From positions 1-43,840 of the forward strand of contig JBHLME010000021.1 of NCBI GenBank assembly GCA_048938445.1: DNA of 43,840 bases, in the 5' to 3' direction. Positions 1 through 9,030 of the stretch are shown here, in pieces. The position numbers and the translations under genes were made by a program. The notes under the pieces were generated by a model that had not been told where the DNA came from, made no database searches, and saw nothing but the letters and a program-made list of their open reading frames with translations. Position 1 is the stretch's first letter, and each line of letters starts with the position of its first letter. This DNA comes from Promethearchaeota archaeon (GTDB lineage Archaea; Asgardarchaeota; Lokiarchaeia; Sigyniarchaeales; SOKP01).

Positions 1-807
1 TTTGAAATTTTAATTTCTATTTTATTATTAATTACTAAATTCTTCTTAATTGATTCTATAGTTAAAGAAATTATGTTCTTAATATCTTTTATTTTAACTA
101 TATTGACATTAAGTTTATTTATTTTCATCATCTCATTAAATATATTATTAATAAATCCTACAATAAAGAGAATCAAAATAAAATTAGTACCAATCGTTAT
201 TAGTCAAATTTTAATAATATTCTCATTAATTTTAGAGATCTTTACTCCAATTAACATTTATCCTAGCTTATTTTTTTTGATAGGATTAGCTTTAATTTTT
301 CTTTCTATCTATTCAGGAAGCATAATTAATGCTTTTTTAGAAATTAAAGGTAGTGAAACATTAAAAGCCCTATATATAATTAATTCAATTGACAATAGAT
401 GTCTTTATCATTATGATTTTACTCAAAAAGACCAAAATGATATTAGAATAGATAAACTATCGAGTAATTCATACCAAAAGGTTGAAGATTTATTTTTTTC
501 TCATGGAATTGAAGGAATTGAACATGTTATTGCTTCTATTACAAACACACAAGAAGATAAAATACAATCAATCTCTCAAGGAGATTCCTTATTACTATTA
601 GAACATGGTTCTAAGTCCTTTATTCCATTGACTTACGTTTTAATTGCGGATAAAGAACAAAAAAACATGAGGTTTCTTCTAAATACTTTTAAAAATCAAT
701 TTGAATCATTTTATAAAGAAATTTTGATGAATTTTCAAGTGCTGAAGGAAAATCAAGCACTCGTGTTTAGCAGTTTTGATATATTTGTAAAAAATATCAT
801 GAATTAA
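1..807 (+). CDS. Membrane protein (5'-truncated by window) with C-terminal longin-like domain
   Basis: Frame is open from base 1 to the ATG at 73. At least 3 hydrophobic helices, then a soluble domain with longin-like order (LKALYIINS..CLYHYDF / FFSHGIEGIEHVIASIT / TYVLIADK..MRFLLNTFKNQFESFY). Confidence 0.6.
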   Translation, partial: FEILISILLLITKFFLIDSIVKEIMFLISFILTILTLSLFIFIISLNILLINPTIKRIKIKLVPIVISQILIIFSLILEIFTPINIYPSLFFLIGLALIFLSIYSGSIINAFLEIKGSETLKALYIINSIDNRCLYHYDFTQKDQNDIRIDKLSSNSYQKVEDLFFSHGIEGIEHVIASITNTQEDKIQSISQGDSLLLLEHGSKSFIPLTYVLIADKEQKNMRFLLNTFKNQFESFYKEILMNFQVLKENQALVFSSFDIFVKNIMN

Positions 808-819
808 TAGTGATTATAA

Positions 820-1941
820 ATGAGTGAAGCATTTCCAATAACTGGGACTTTGAGATTACCACTATTAATCGTGGAATTAATATTTCTCATTATTTGTTTT
901 GACCTTGGAGCAACACTCTTTTCCAGGTATATCAAAACAGAAAAAACAAATAGAAATATTGAAGAACTTGGTTATTCCTTAATATTTCTTGGATTCTTCT
1001 TGATGACTTTTTTTTATATTATAAGTGAATATTATTCATCTGATGTAGAAACATCTCCATTTTTAATATGGAAAGTAGGTTCTATTAGATATCTCTTTCT
1101 TAATGCTGGTTATTTTACAATGTTCATCGTAGGAATCTTTTTTCTTTATTGTATTGAAAAAGGGAAAGTCTATTTTTACAAAAAGTACTTTTTCACCGTG
1201 CTATTTTCACTATATGCAACTGTTTTCGTATTTTTATTCATAATTGACATATATCTCACGCAACCATTCACATATGCATTCTGGATAATATACATAATAT
1301 TTTTATTAATATATTTAAAAGATTTTATTAAGAAGGTTCAAAAAAACAGGCAAAAACTTATTATAGGTGTTTTAAAGTATTTTCCTGGATTATTACTGTT
1401 AATATTTGGATTTTTTATGACGACTTTTGCTATAACCAGTATATTTGGGCACGAAGCTCGTTTTTTAGGATTTTTTCTTCAAATAATTGGTATTAGTCTC
1501 TTGTTTAACTTTTATATAACACTTCCACCATTTTCTGAATTTAATTGGTATGAAGCTATTGAAGATATTTTAATAATGAATACTGCGGGTCTTGCCATTT
1601 TTGAGAAAAAATTTCTAAAAAAAAAAGAGGAATATGATGGAGTGTTAGTAGGAGGTGTAATTACGAGCATGAAGATAATACTTGAGAGTATTACAGATAG
1701 TGACAAAGGAGGGATCTCTGTCCTGGAGAAAAAAGGAAAAACCATTATCATTTACCAATCTGATAACATGATAGGAGTAATATTTAGTACAAGAAATTTA
1801 AAAACTTTACACGTGTTATTACAAAAATTTATTTTAAGATTAGAATCCATATATGCAAATATTCTTCCTACTTGGGATGGAGAATTATCCGTTTTTGAAC
1901 CAGTTAAATTCATCTGTGATGAAATTTTTAAAGAAGTATGA
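820..1941 (+). CDS. 7TM membrane protein fused to C-terminal longin-like domain
   Basis: Seven hydrophobic segments in aa ~13-235, then IEDILIMNTAGLAIFEKKF..LVGGVITSMKIILESI..LLQKFILRLESIYANILPTWDG..F, a longin/profilin-like pattern. Confidence 0.65.
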   Translation: MSEAFPITGTLRLPLLIVELIFLIICFDLGATLFSRYIKTEKTNRNIEELGYSLIFLGFFLMTFFYIISEYYSSDVETSPFLIWKVGSIRYLFLNAGYFTMFIVGIFFLYCIEKGKVYFYKKYFFTVLFSLYATVFVFLFIIDIYLTQPFTYAFWIIYIIFLLIYLKDFIKKVQKNRQKLIIGVLKYFPGLLLLIFGFFMTTFAITSIFGHEARFLGFFLQIIGISLLFNFYITLPPFSEFNWYEAIEDILIMNTAGLAIFEKKFLKKKEEYDGVLVGGVITSMKIILESITDSDKGGISVLEKKGKTIIIYQSDNMIGVIFSTRNLKTLHVLLQKFILRLESIYANILPTWDGELSVFEPVKFICDEIFKEV

Positions 1942-1965
1942 TGTACATACTTTTGACTTGGTATA

Positions 1966-3105
1966 TTATAAAAATTTATCTAACCCCCGTTTCTGATTCA
2001 AATCTTTACTTTTTCTCAGGTAAGGTTCTATAAATTCAATGATTTTAGAATTAAAACCTTTTAAACTTGATAGCTCTCCTCGTTTATACACATTTAAAAT
2101 GGACTCATTGAGATTATTAAGATACATTCCAGCCCATAACATGGATTTATTAGATATTCCTCTTAAAGAATCATAATATTGCTTATTTAATAATAATTCT
2201 GAGATTTTATAATTCCACTTTCGATAATCTTTAGGAATCCAGCGTTTCATTCTAATCGGTAAATTATTTTTCTCAGAATAAACTAAGATTTTAGAATTTA
2301 TTTGCTTAGTATATTCATTCCATTTAATTGATTTTCCAGCATATAAATCCAATAATGGTTGAATAACATGTTTATATTGGCTATTGTTTAATTTCTTGAT
2401 AAAAAATTCTTTTTGAGAATCTCTTATGGTCAAACCAGGGGCAAATAAAATGAAGTCGGCACCTGCCTCGCTTGATTTTTGAATGACTTCCTTGATATTA
2501 TCATCATCATCTTCCATAAAGGGGATAATTGGCATGAAATTCACACCTACTTGAATATTTTGTACTTGTTCCTTAATTTTAGAGAGTGCTTCAAGTCTTT
2601 CAATTGGAGAAGAAGAGTTAGGTTCGAGAAATTTAGCAAGTTTTTTATTCATTGTGGTAATTGAAAATCCAATCGCACACCATGAGGAATCCGCAATTTT
2701 TTTAAATAATTCAATGTCTCGAGTAATTTTATTAGATTTGGTAGAAATTGTTACAGGAAACTTATGATTCGCAAGCACTTGAAGAATTTTTCTTGAATTT
2801 TCTGCTTTTTCTTCAATTGGTTGATAAGCATCGTTAACACCACCCATTGCTACTACATCTCGTAATAATTTGCGAGCGATCCTAATCTTTAAATCTAATT
2901 TTTTATGAATATCCACCTTTATCAATACTTCAGTTTCAAAATCTTGAATATCTTGTAAATAGTAGCGATCACTTCGGGCGTCGCAATAAATGCATGCATG
3001 TTCACACCCAGAATAAGGATTGATAGTATATCGACACCAAAACCATGAATCAATAAATTTCAACTTGTTCAACGCGGTTTTGAATTCTCTTTCGATATAC
3101 TTCAT
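1966..3105 (-). CDS. Radical SAM protein, spore photoproduct lyase (SplB)-like family
   Basis: NPYSGCEHACIYCDAR (CxxxCxxC), DAYQPIE and TKS motifs. Confidence 0.85.
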   Translation of the reverse strand: MKYIEREFKTALNKLKFIDSWFWCRYTINPYSGCEHACIYCDARSDRYYLQDIQDFETEVLIKVDIHKKLDLKIRIARKLLRDVVAMGGVNDAYQPIEEKAENSRKILQVLANHKFPVTISTKSNKITRDIELFKKIADSSWCAIGFSITTMNKKLAKFLEPNSSSPIERLEALSKIKEQVQNIQVGVNFMPIIPFMEDDDDNIKEVIQKSSEAGADFILFAPGLTIRDSQKEFFIKKLNNSQYKHVIQPLLDLYAGKSIKWNEYTKQINSKILVYSEKNNLPIRMKRWIPKDYRKWNYKISELLLNKQYYDSLRGISNKSMLWAGMYLNNLNESILNVYKRGELSSLKGFNSKIIEFIEPYLRKSKDLNQKRGLDKFL

Positions 3106-3840
3106 AATTTAACACTTATTAGTAAAGTTAAAGATTTAAAATTGACTAAAAAAAAAGAAAAGGAAAAAACGCCAGGTGTTAAAAATAAAAAGGGGTTTGA
3201 AAAATTTTTTAAGGTTGAAAAAAAATGGTTGTTATATTCTTTTTTGCATCACTTGAATTTACATTAGCGTTTTTTCCATGATGATCCATGGAAATTCACA
3301 CATATATTTGTATGTGTTGTTTTTTATATCAGTATTTAATAATTTCACATAAATGTATAAATTAAAGGAATAAATAGAAAAAATAAATCATCATCTTAGA
3401 AAGAGCCGGTAAATTCATACAACATATATAAAATTCTTGATTTTTTTACTTTAGGTATATAAAAATCTATTTTCTTTCAAGAGATATACAAGAAAAATCT
3501 CATTTCAATGATATACTCTAGTTAATATACAAAAAAAATGAAAATTATTAGTATCAATCAATATTCTTAAATCCTTTTCAAAAAAAAATATACTTTTTAT
3601 ATTTGATTTAATCTCTTAAAAATATAATTTCTCTAAAGTTTACATTTTTTTATCATAAAAATTAAAAGTATTTTGTATATTTCAATATCCGAAATAAATC
3701 TGATTCTTTTTACAACTTCATGATTTTAAATACATAATTTAAATGCAAAATTCTAATTAAAATTGATCAAAAGCATTTAAAAAGATTCGGGATGATATAA
3801 ATAAACATAATTATTCAGTAATTATTTAAAATTAGAGAAT

Positions 3841-4107
3841 GTGGGGAATATAAAGATGTTGTTTAGTGATTCTGAAAAGAAATTGAAAGATAAAAAAATA
3901 AAAAAACACTCCAATTATGAAAATAAAGTAATTAGATATGCCGATTATGACACAGAAAACAAGATTTTTTATGCAAATTTTTATCTTCCAGAATATGAAT
4001 ATGTATTAAAGACTATATTAGTCTCAATAGAGAATGAGAATTTCTATAATGAATTCAAATTTGAGAAATTCGAGCTCTTTAAATATGTATATATGATTTT
4101 TTACTAA
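3841..4107 (+). CDS. Hypothetical protein (possibly a fragment)
   Basis: 88-codon ORF in very AT-rich DNA; no recognisable motif. Confidence 0.3.
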   Translation: MGNIKMLFSDSEKKLKDKKIKKHSNYENKVIRYADYDTENKIFYANFYLPEYEYVLKTILVSIENENFYNEFKFEKFELFKYVYMIFY

Positions 4108-4263
4108 GTAATTTAATCTAAATAAACCAATAGAATCAATAAAAATCTACATGAACACTACTTAATAGATTTGCTGAAATTAACTTAAATCTAATAAAAT
4201 TTTAAAAACTTATTTTAAAGGTATTTCATTATTTAATTATATCTAACCTAACCAAAAAGGCGC

Positions 4264-4419
4264 ATAAAGATTTCATATTTACTAAAATTCAAGAAAAAAT
4301 TCAATTGTGATTTTTGTTTAGACAAAAAACATTGTCATACATTAAAAGCAATTATTGATGGATGGTTGTCCTTCTCAAAATGTCCAAGAAGGATTTCTAA
4401 GAAAGACCGAGATGATTGA
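4264..4419 (+). CDS. Small Cys-rich protein (CxxC-x5-C-x15-CP), non-canonical ATA/ATT start
   Basis: Manual translation IKISYLLKFKKKFNCDFCLDKKHCHTLKAIIDGWLSFSKCPRRISKKDRDD*. In-frame TAA at 4249 and no ATG/GTG/TTG before the cysteines. Confidence 0.4.
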   Translation: MKISYLLKFKKKFNCDFCLDKKHCHTLKAIIDGWLSFSKCPRRISKKDRDD

Positions 4420-4598
4420 TTAATTAGTAAAAAAATCTTTCTAGGAATTCTATAATTAATGATAAAATAACTTAATTCATTAATAAACGAAAATATTTGT
4501 TTAATCTATTGGACAAATTTTGTCAAGGAAAAAAAACTTCCAAATAATAAAATTGACAATACAGATGATTTACAAATGTTCCAAAAGAATAATATTAA

Positions 4599-4765
4599 TT
4601 AAATCTCTTTTTCTCACTCAAAAACAAAGAGTTGATGCAATCATAAAGAAAGTTTAGTACAATATTTCCAACCTTCCGAAGCCATATCATTAAAAATTTT
4701 CTCTATCTCTTCATTCTGCTTTACGACATTTTTCCATTTTAATAAAACATCTGATATTCTTTCAA
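4599..4765 (-). pseudogene. DUF4177-like small protein pseudogene
   Basis: GGAGGT SD, then TTG AAA GAA TAT CAG, a frameshift, and VLLKWKNVVKQNEEIEKIFNDMASEGWKYCTKLSL*LHQLFVFE*EKEI*. Fits the MxEY..lN.lg.eGW..vFeRek pattern with two internal TGA. Confidence 0.6.
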
Positions 4766-4957
4766 AATATTACCTCCTCTTCTTTTAAGATAATTCTAAT
4801 TTAGTTATTTATTAGTATTTTACAAAAATGTATGTCTAAATATTTTTCCCTCATATAAAGATAATAGAATTTCTACAGAATTCCAAAAATTTAAATATAC
4901 ATATTTGCACGTATTATTACAATAATATCTTATTATAATGGAAAGGAGTAGGATAAT

Positions 4958-5713
4958 TTGACGGAACAACTCATGAGTATTGGGGGGAATATTTTATTCG
5001 CTATCATCCAATGGATTATCGCATTAACTTTAATATTTAGAGCTAAAAGAACTAAAGTAAAAATTTTATATCTCTTAGCATTAGCAATTTCTCTTGATGC
5101 TTTGGCAACTTCATTTTTTTCACCAGCATTTACTATATTTTTGATAGCTTTTATCATGTTCGATATTTCCGTGTGGAGTCATTTAATCTTTATAACAAAA
5201 ACGTTTTATAAAGATAAAAAAAGCCCCATTTCGATATTATTAGCGGTTATTGTACCAATTTCAATCGTGCACTGGATCATGTCGGGTATATATGACATTG
5301 GATTGGATAGGAGTGTTTTTTTATATTTTACAGTGAGATTTATATATTCCATACTCCTGTTTATAGCATATGCTTGGATGGCTTATTCATTAATAAAATC
5401 GTACTTGAGCATTAAAAATAATAAAATGGTAGAACCATGGATAAAAGCAAGATATCTTTTAGTAATTACTTATTCTGCTTTTGGAAGAATAATAATTGGA
5501 ATACTAATACATTTTAATCCACCAGACTTTTCATTTACTCACTGGAGCATATTGGCTAGTGCTTTTGTAGGTATGATCGGTTTACTTGCACTATTTTTAG
5601 CATGGGTAATGCCAAAAGGTTTTAAAAAATGGTTAAACCGAAATTTTACCGTTCAAGTAGGTGAAGAAATCCTTACTGAAGAAGAATTAATGAAACATTT
5701 GGAGGAAGCATGA
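4958..5713 (+). CDS. 7TM membrane protein (putative receptor)
   Basis: Seven hydrophobic helices ending WVMP, then a basic amphipathic helix and an acidic tail; TTG start after a purine-rich SD-like tract. Confidence 0.7.
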   Translation: MTEQLMSIGGNILFAIIQWIIALTLIFRAKRTKVKILYLLALAISLDALATSFFSPAFTIFLIAFIMFDISVWSHLIFITKTFYKDKKSPISILLAVIVPISIVHWIMSGIYDIGLDRSVFLYFTVRFIYSILLFIAYAWMAYSLIKSYLSIKNNKMVEPWIKARYLLVITYSAFGRIIIGILIHFNPPDFSFTHWSILASAFVGMIGLLALFLAWVMPKGFKKWLNRNFTVQVGEEILTEEELMKHLEEA

Positions 5714-5716
5714 CTT

Positions 5717-5980
5717 TTGAATTATATAAATATGTTTGGACAATTGTTATCAGAAAAAATTAATAATAAATTATTAGCTTGTAATGGAATACTCAGATTT
5801 GCATTTAAGGATGCAAATCTGGATCCTGATTTGTCTACATATGATGATTTTAAAATAGTTTTTAACCAATATTTAAAAGAAAGGCTTACGCGTATTGGAA
5901 TTGAAAATGCTGATGAAATCATTAAAGATATGTTATCTGAACTTGTAAAATGTCAAGCTGTTTTTGTCATGGGGACCTAA
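5717..5980 (+). CDS. Small helical soluble protein, coupled to the upstream 7TM gene
   Basis: Starts 3 nt after the 7TM stop; GGAGG lies within the end of the upstream gene; protein-like 87-aa sequence. Confidence 0.7.
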   Translation: MNYINMFGQLLSEKINNKLLACNGILRFAFKDANLDPDLSTYDDFKIVFNQYLKERLTRIGIENADEIIKDMLSELVKCQAVFVMGT

Positions 5981-6007
5981 TTTTTCTATCATAACATCAA
6001 AAGAAAA

Positions 6008-6027
6008 TCCTCTCCTTTAGGAGAGGG
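6008..6027. repeat. GC-rich palindrome resembling an IS200/IS605-type end hairpin or REP
   Basis: CCTCTCCT-TT-AGGAGAGG perfect inverted repeat with CCTTTAGG core; no transposase nearby. Confidence 0.45.
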
Positions 6028-6566
6028 GTGAATTTTAGATTTCTTAAAGGTACTTGAGCAAATTATAATTTATAGAAAATAGCTTAAAAGTATATCATTG
6101 GAGGATTTTTTTTTCTCATTAATTTTTAATTGATTTTTATCAAATTTAAAATCAAAAAAATCAACAATCAAATCTTTAGAAAAAAATAGATCTAAAGGTA
6201 ATAATGTATATACAAAATGGATGCACCGTCTGGGATGGACCAACAATTATATACAGTTTAAATATGAATATTGAATTATTTACCCTAAAGATAAAAAGAC
6301 AAAAAAAATGCATTCCTCTCTATATCCTATAGATGATCGAGGATATTATACTTATCATTTAAAATTGTCATTTGATTGCATTATTATTAGAGATAGAAAT
6401 TTTAAAATCGTGTAAAAAATGGAATTTAGAAAGAAGGAGGAAAATGAAAAAAATTGATTTAATCATTACTTGTTATGGGATAATAATCTTCATTGATATA
6501 CTTTTTTTAGTATTTGTGAATAGAATGGATATCTTCATGATCTCAGGACCAATCTCTTTAATCCCC

Positions 6567-6680
6567 TTACGAATTCAAAAAATTCTTAGATTCACACCGA
6601 TTACATCTATTCTTCCATATATCTATAGCTTTTCTACAAATTAAACAAATTTTTATTCCAATTGGAATGTCTTGAAAAAT
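6567..6680 (-). CDS. Small zinc-ribbon ORF or gene remnant (CxxC-x10-CxxC)
   Basis: IFQDIPIGIKICLICRKAIDIWKNRCNRCESKNFLNS*, bounded upstream by an in-frame TAA (6681-6683); only ATT/ATA starts are available. Confidence 0.35.
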   Translation of the reverse strand: MFQDIPIGIKICLICRKAIDIWKNRCNRCESKNFLNS

Positions 6681-6889
6681 TTACTTGTAAGAATTTCCTT
6701 TTAAATTTTAAAATGCTTCTTAACATTCAAATGATCAAATCCAAACATAAACTTAGGAATATTGTTCAATCTCCTACAAAAGTCATTCCTTTTTTTTTGA
6801 AATATAATAAAAGCGACACTTTTTTTTATAAAAAATAGAAATTAATTATAAATGACCTAATTTGTTTAACTACTTGGGGATGTATTTTA

Positions 6890-7213
6890 ATGCATGAAAA
6901 ACAAAATTGTTGGGAGTTCAAAGATTGTGGAAGAGAACCAGGGGGAAGAAATATCAAACAATTTGGTGTGTGTCCCGCATCAACTGACTTGATTAATTCT
7001 GGGCAAAATGAAGGTAATAATTCTGGAAGAATTTGTTGGGCCGTGGCTGGAACTTTTTGTGGGGGAATCATTCAAGGAAATTATAATGAAAAGTATTTGT
7101 CTTGCATGAATTGTGATTTCTTTCATAAAGTAAGAAACGAGCAAGGTAATAATTTTAGTTTATTAAAACCAGGTCAAAAATACCAGAGGAGCACTCATAA
7201 AATTAAATCTTGA
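6890..7213 (+). CDS. Cys-rich two-CW domain protein
   Basis: NCWEFKDCGREPGG..VCPA..GRICWAVAGTFCGG..CMNCDFF, the two CW dipeptides and Cys spacing of this family. Confidence 0.75.
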   Translation: MHEKQNCWEFKDCGREPGGRNIKQFGVCPASTDLINSGQNEGNNSGRICWAVAGTFCGGIIQGNYNEKYLSCMNCDFFHKVRNEQGNNFSLLKPGQKYQRSTHKIKS

Positions 7214-7439
7214 ATTATTATAGAATAGATTATTTTATCTTCTACTTTTTTTTATTTTTAATTGAATGCTTTTTTCATTTCGGAAGAAATCAATATCACT
7301 ACAAGAAAAAAAGTTAGATAAAATTAATGACAAAATGGAAAAAAAAATGCATATAAAAATTTAGAATTATCAATATACCAATTTAAAAACTCTTATGAAA
7401 AAATGGTGATAAAGAGAGAGCATGGAATTTTATCCCAAA

Positions 7440-7463
7440 CAAGTTAGATTAAGAGCTAACTTG
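7440..7463 (-). terminator. Hairpin just downstream of tRNA-Gly
   Basis: CAAGTTAG (7440-7447) / CTAACTTG (7456-7463), perfect 8-bp inverted repeat 16 nt past the tRNA 3' end. Confidence 0.35.
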
Positions 7464-7479
7464 CCATAATTGGATTATA

Positions 7480-7550
7480 TGCGTCCGGCGGGGATCGAAC
7501 CCGCGTCACCAGCTTGGAAGGCTAGCATGCTACCGCTACACTACGAACGC
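7480..7550 (-). tRNA. tRNA-Gly(TCC)
   Basis: Reverse complement GCGTTCGTAGTGTAGCGGTAGCATGCTAGCCTTCCAAGCTGGTGACGCGGGTTCGATCCCCGCCGGACGCA folds as a cloverleaf; anticodon loop CT-TCC-AA; T-loop TTCGATC; no intron; CCA not encoded. Confidence 0.97.
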
Positions 7551-7645
7551 TACAAAGTTTTTCCCAACACATTGACCGAATTGAATGCGACTGAGAGTTT
7601 AAAGTCAAACTGTATAATATATCATTTCTTATAACTTTAGCGATT

Positions 7646-8320
7646 TTATTGTATTTCATGTAATATTTCATAAATATTTAGTATTTTACTGATAACAATC
7701 CATGCATCTAAAGAATATCGAGAAATGGATATTATATTATCAGAAAGAGCTAAAATGTCGCTAGAAAGTGTATTTTTTTGAAAACCCCCGACAAGAGCTA
7801 CGTAATTTTTGGAAAGGGGTTTTGGAAATAAGGTTTTATAGTCATTTATTAGTCTTCCCTTACTCGAAAATATTATTAACTCCTTATCTTTGATTAATTC
7901 TAACAATTGATTTAGGTTTCCTTTAATTGATGAGATCAATTCAGATTTTTCAAAACTTATATTTCCATCAATTAGTAATTTTGCCATCAATCCCTTAAAT
8001 CTATTATAATTGCGAGTTATTTTAATTTCTGGATTAAATTTAAAAATCTTGTTTTTAATTGTGTGAACATATAATCTTAAATTTCCACTTTTATTTAATG
8101 GAGAACCTAAAGCATTGAGAATACACGCATGTAAAATATCGGGTCTCCCTCTCTTATTAGAATTTTTTAGAGTTTTCATAGCAGAATGATGAAGAGCATT
8201 GTCAAGTAATTGAGATCGATAATTTTTCTCTACTAATTGTTTTTTTATAGAAGGATGGTTCCGCATATTTCGGGGAATTAATTCAAGTCCACATTCAACG
8301 AGTATTATAGTTAGAGGCAT
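7646..8320 (-). CDS. nep1: rRNA small subunit pseudouridine methyltransferase Nep1/Emg1
   Basis: LELIP, LLDNALHH, RGRPDILH, LGSPLN, RNYNRFKGLM and VGGF motifs (SPOUT fold). Confidence 0.93.
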   Translation of the reverse strand: MPLTIILVECGLELIPRNMRNHPSIKKQLVEKNYRSQLLDNALHHSAMKTLKNSNKRGRPDILHACILNALGSPLNKSGNLRLYVHTIKNKIFKFNPEIKITRNYNRFKGLMAKLLIDGNISFEKSELISSIKGNLNQLLELIKDKELIIFSSKGRLINDYKTLFPKPLSKNYVALVGGFQKNTLSSDILALSDNIISISRYSLDAWIVISKILNIYEILHEIQ

Positions 8321-8323
8321 CTA

Positions 8324-8656
8324 TCAATCATTATTTTTATTTATTTTTATAAAATATCTAGTGACATTATTACATTCAAGGCACGTCATAGATACATGAG
8401 AGCCCTTCCCTTTCCTTGAATGTAACCTCGTTCTAGAATTTAATCCGGGATATAAAAAAGCTTTACATTTATGACAAATACGTTTTTTCCATATTGTTGG
8501 AACATTGATTCTTGCTCGCTGAGCATATCTTCTAGCTAAATGAACATACCTGTTTGCAAGAGCTTTATCTTCCTCAAAAATCTCATGTGCTCTCTGGAAT
8601 AAATAGTTCATCCTTGATCGTGCTATTTGTTTTGCGATTTTTTTATAATCAGGCAT
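8324..8656 (-). CDS. rnp4: Ribonuclease P protein component 4 (Rpp21)
   Basis: IARSRMNYLF, ANRYVHLA, KRICHKC..LYPG and TCLEC zinc ribbon. Confidence 0.93.
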   Translation of the reverse strand: MPDYKKIAKQIARSRMNYLFQRAHEIFEEDKALANRYVHLARRYAQRARINVPTIWKKRICHKCKAFLYPGLNSRTRLHSRKGKGSHVSMTCLECNNVTRYFIKINKNND

Positions 8657-8676
8657 TTTGTTTAATAAAAATCAAA

Positions 8677-8949
8677 TTAGTTCTTTTTTTTTATTGGATA
8701 TTTTGATATAATAAAGGTCTTACCACGTATATCTAGAAGATGAGAGTCTGTTTTTTGTGATAGGTCTTCAGCGAGGGCTTTTATGTTTGAATTATCTGCA
8801 ATTGATTTTAATACTTTTATTTTAATAATTTTGTATTGTTTCAGCAGAGCAGACACGTGTTCCAAGAACTTCACGGTCAATCCTTTTTTTCCTAATATAC
8901 AATGAGGGTCTCCTAGCAATACTTTTTTAAAATCTTCGTGATAACCCAT
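8677..8949 (-). CDS. yhbY: YhbY/CRM-domain RNA-binding protein
   Basis: P..ILGKKGLT..V...LKQYKIIKIKVL..IRGKTFII; located next to rnp4 and rps19e. Confidence 0.85.
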   Translation of the reverse strand: MGYHEDFKKVLLGDPHCILGKKGLTVKFLEHVSALLKQYKIIKIKVLKSIADNSNIKALAEDLSQKTDSHLLDIRGKTFIISKYPIKKKN

Positions 8950-9030
8950 TTTTTGTTCTTAAAATCCAAAAATTTTTAATTTTTCCATAACTTAAAAAAG
9001 TAATTATCATAATTAAAGAACTTACATAAA

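Noticed and set aside
4599-4765. Selenocysteine or other stop-codon recoding in TGA-interrupted frames
   Set aside because: The TGAs are not at Cys-like positions and accompany a frameshift. The mgsA stop is TAA, and intact genes here use TGA as a normal stop.
6180-6415. Protein-like frame (YTKWMHRLGWTNNYIQFKYEY*IIYP..)
   Set aside because: Interrupted by a stop and not assignable to any family I recognise.
6372-6644. 90-aa plus-strand ORF
   Set aside because: No motif, and it overlaps a more protein-like zinc-ribbon frame on the opposite strand. A shorter product from the GGAGG-preceded ATG cannot be excluded.
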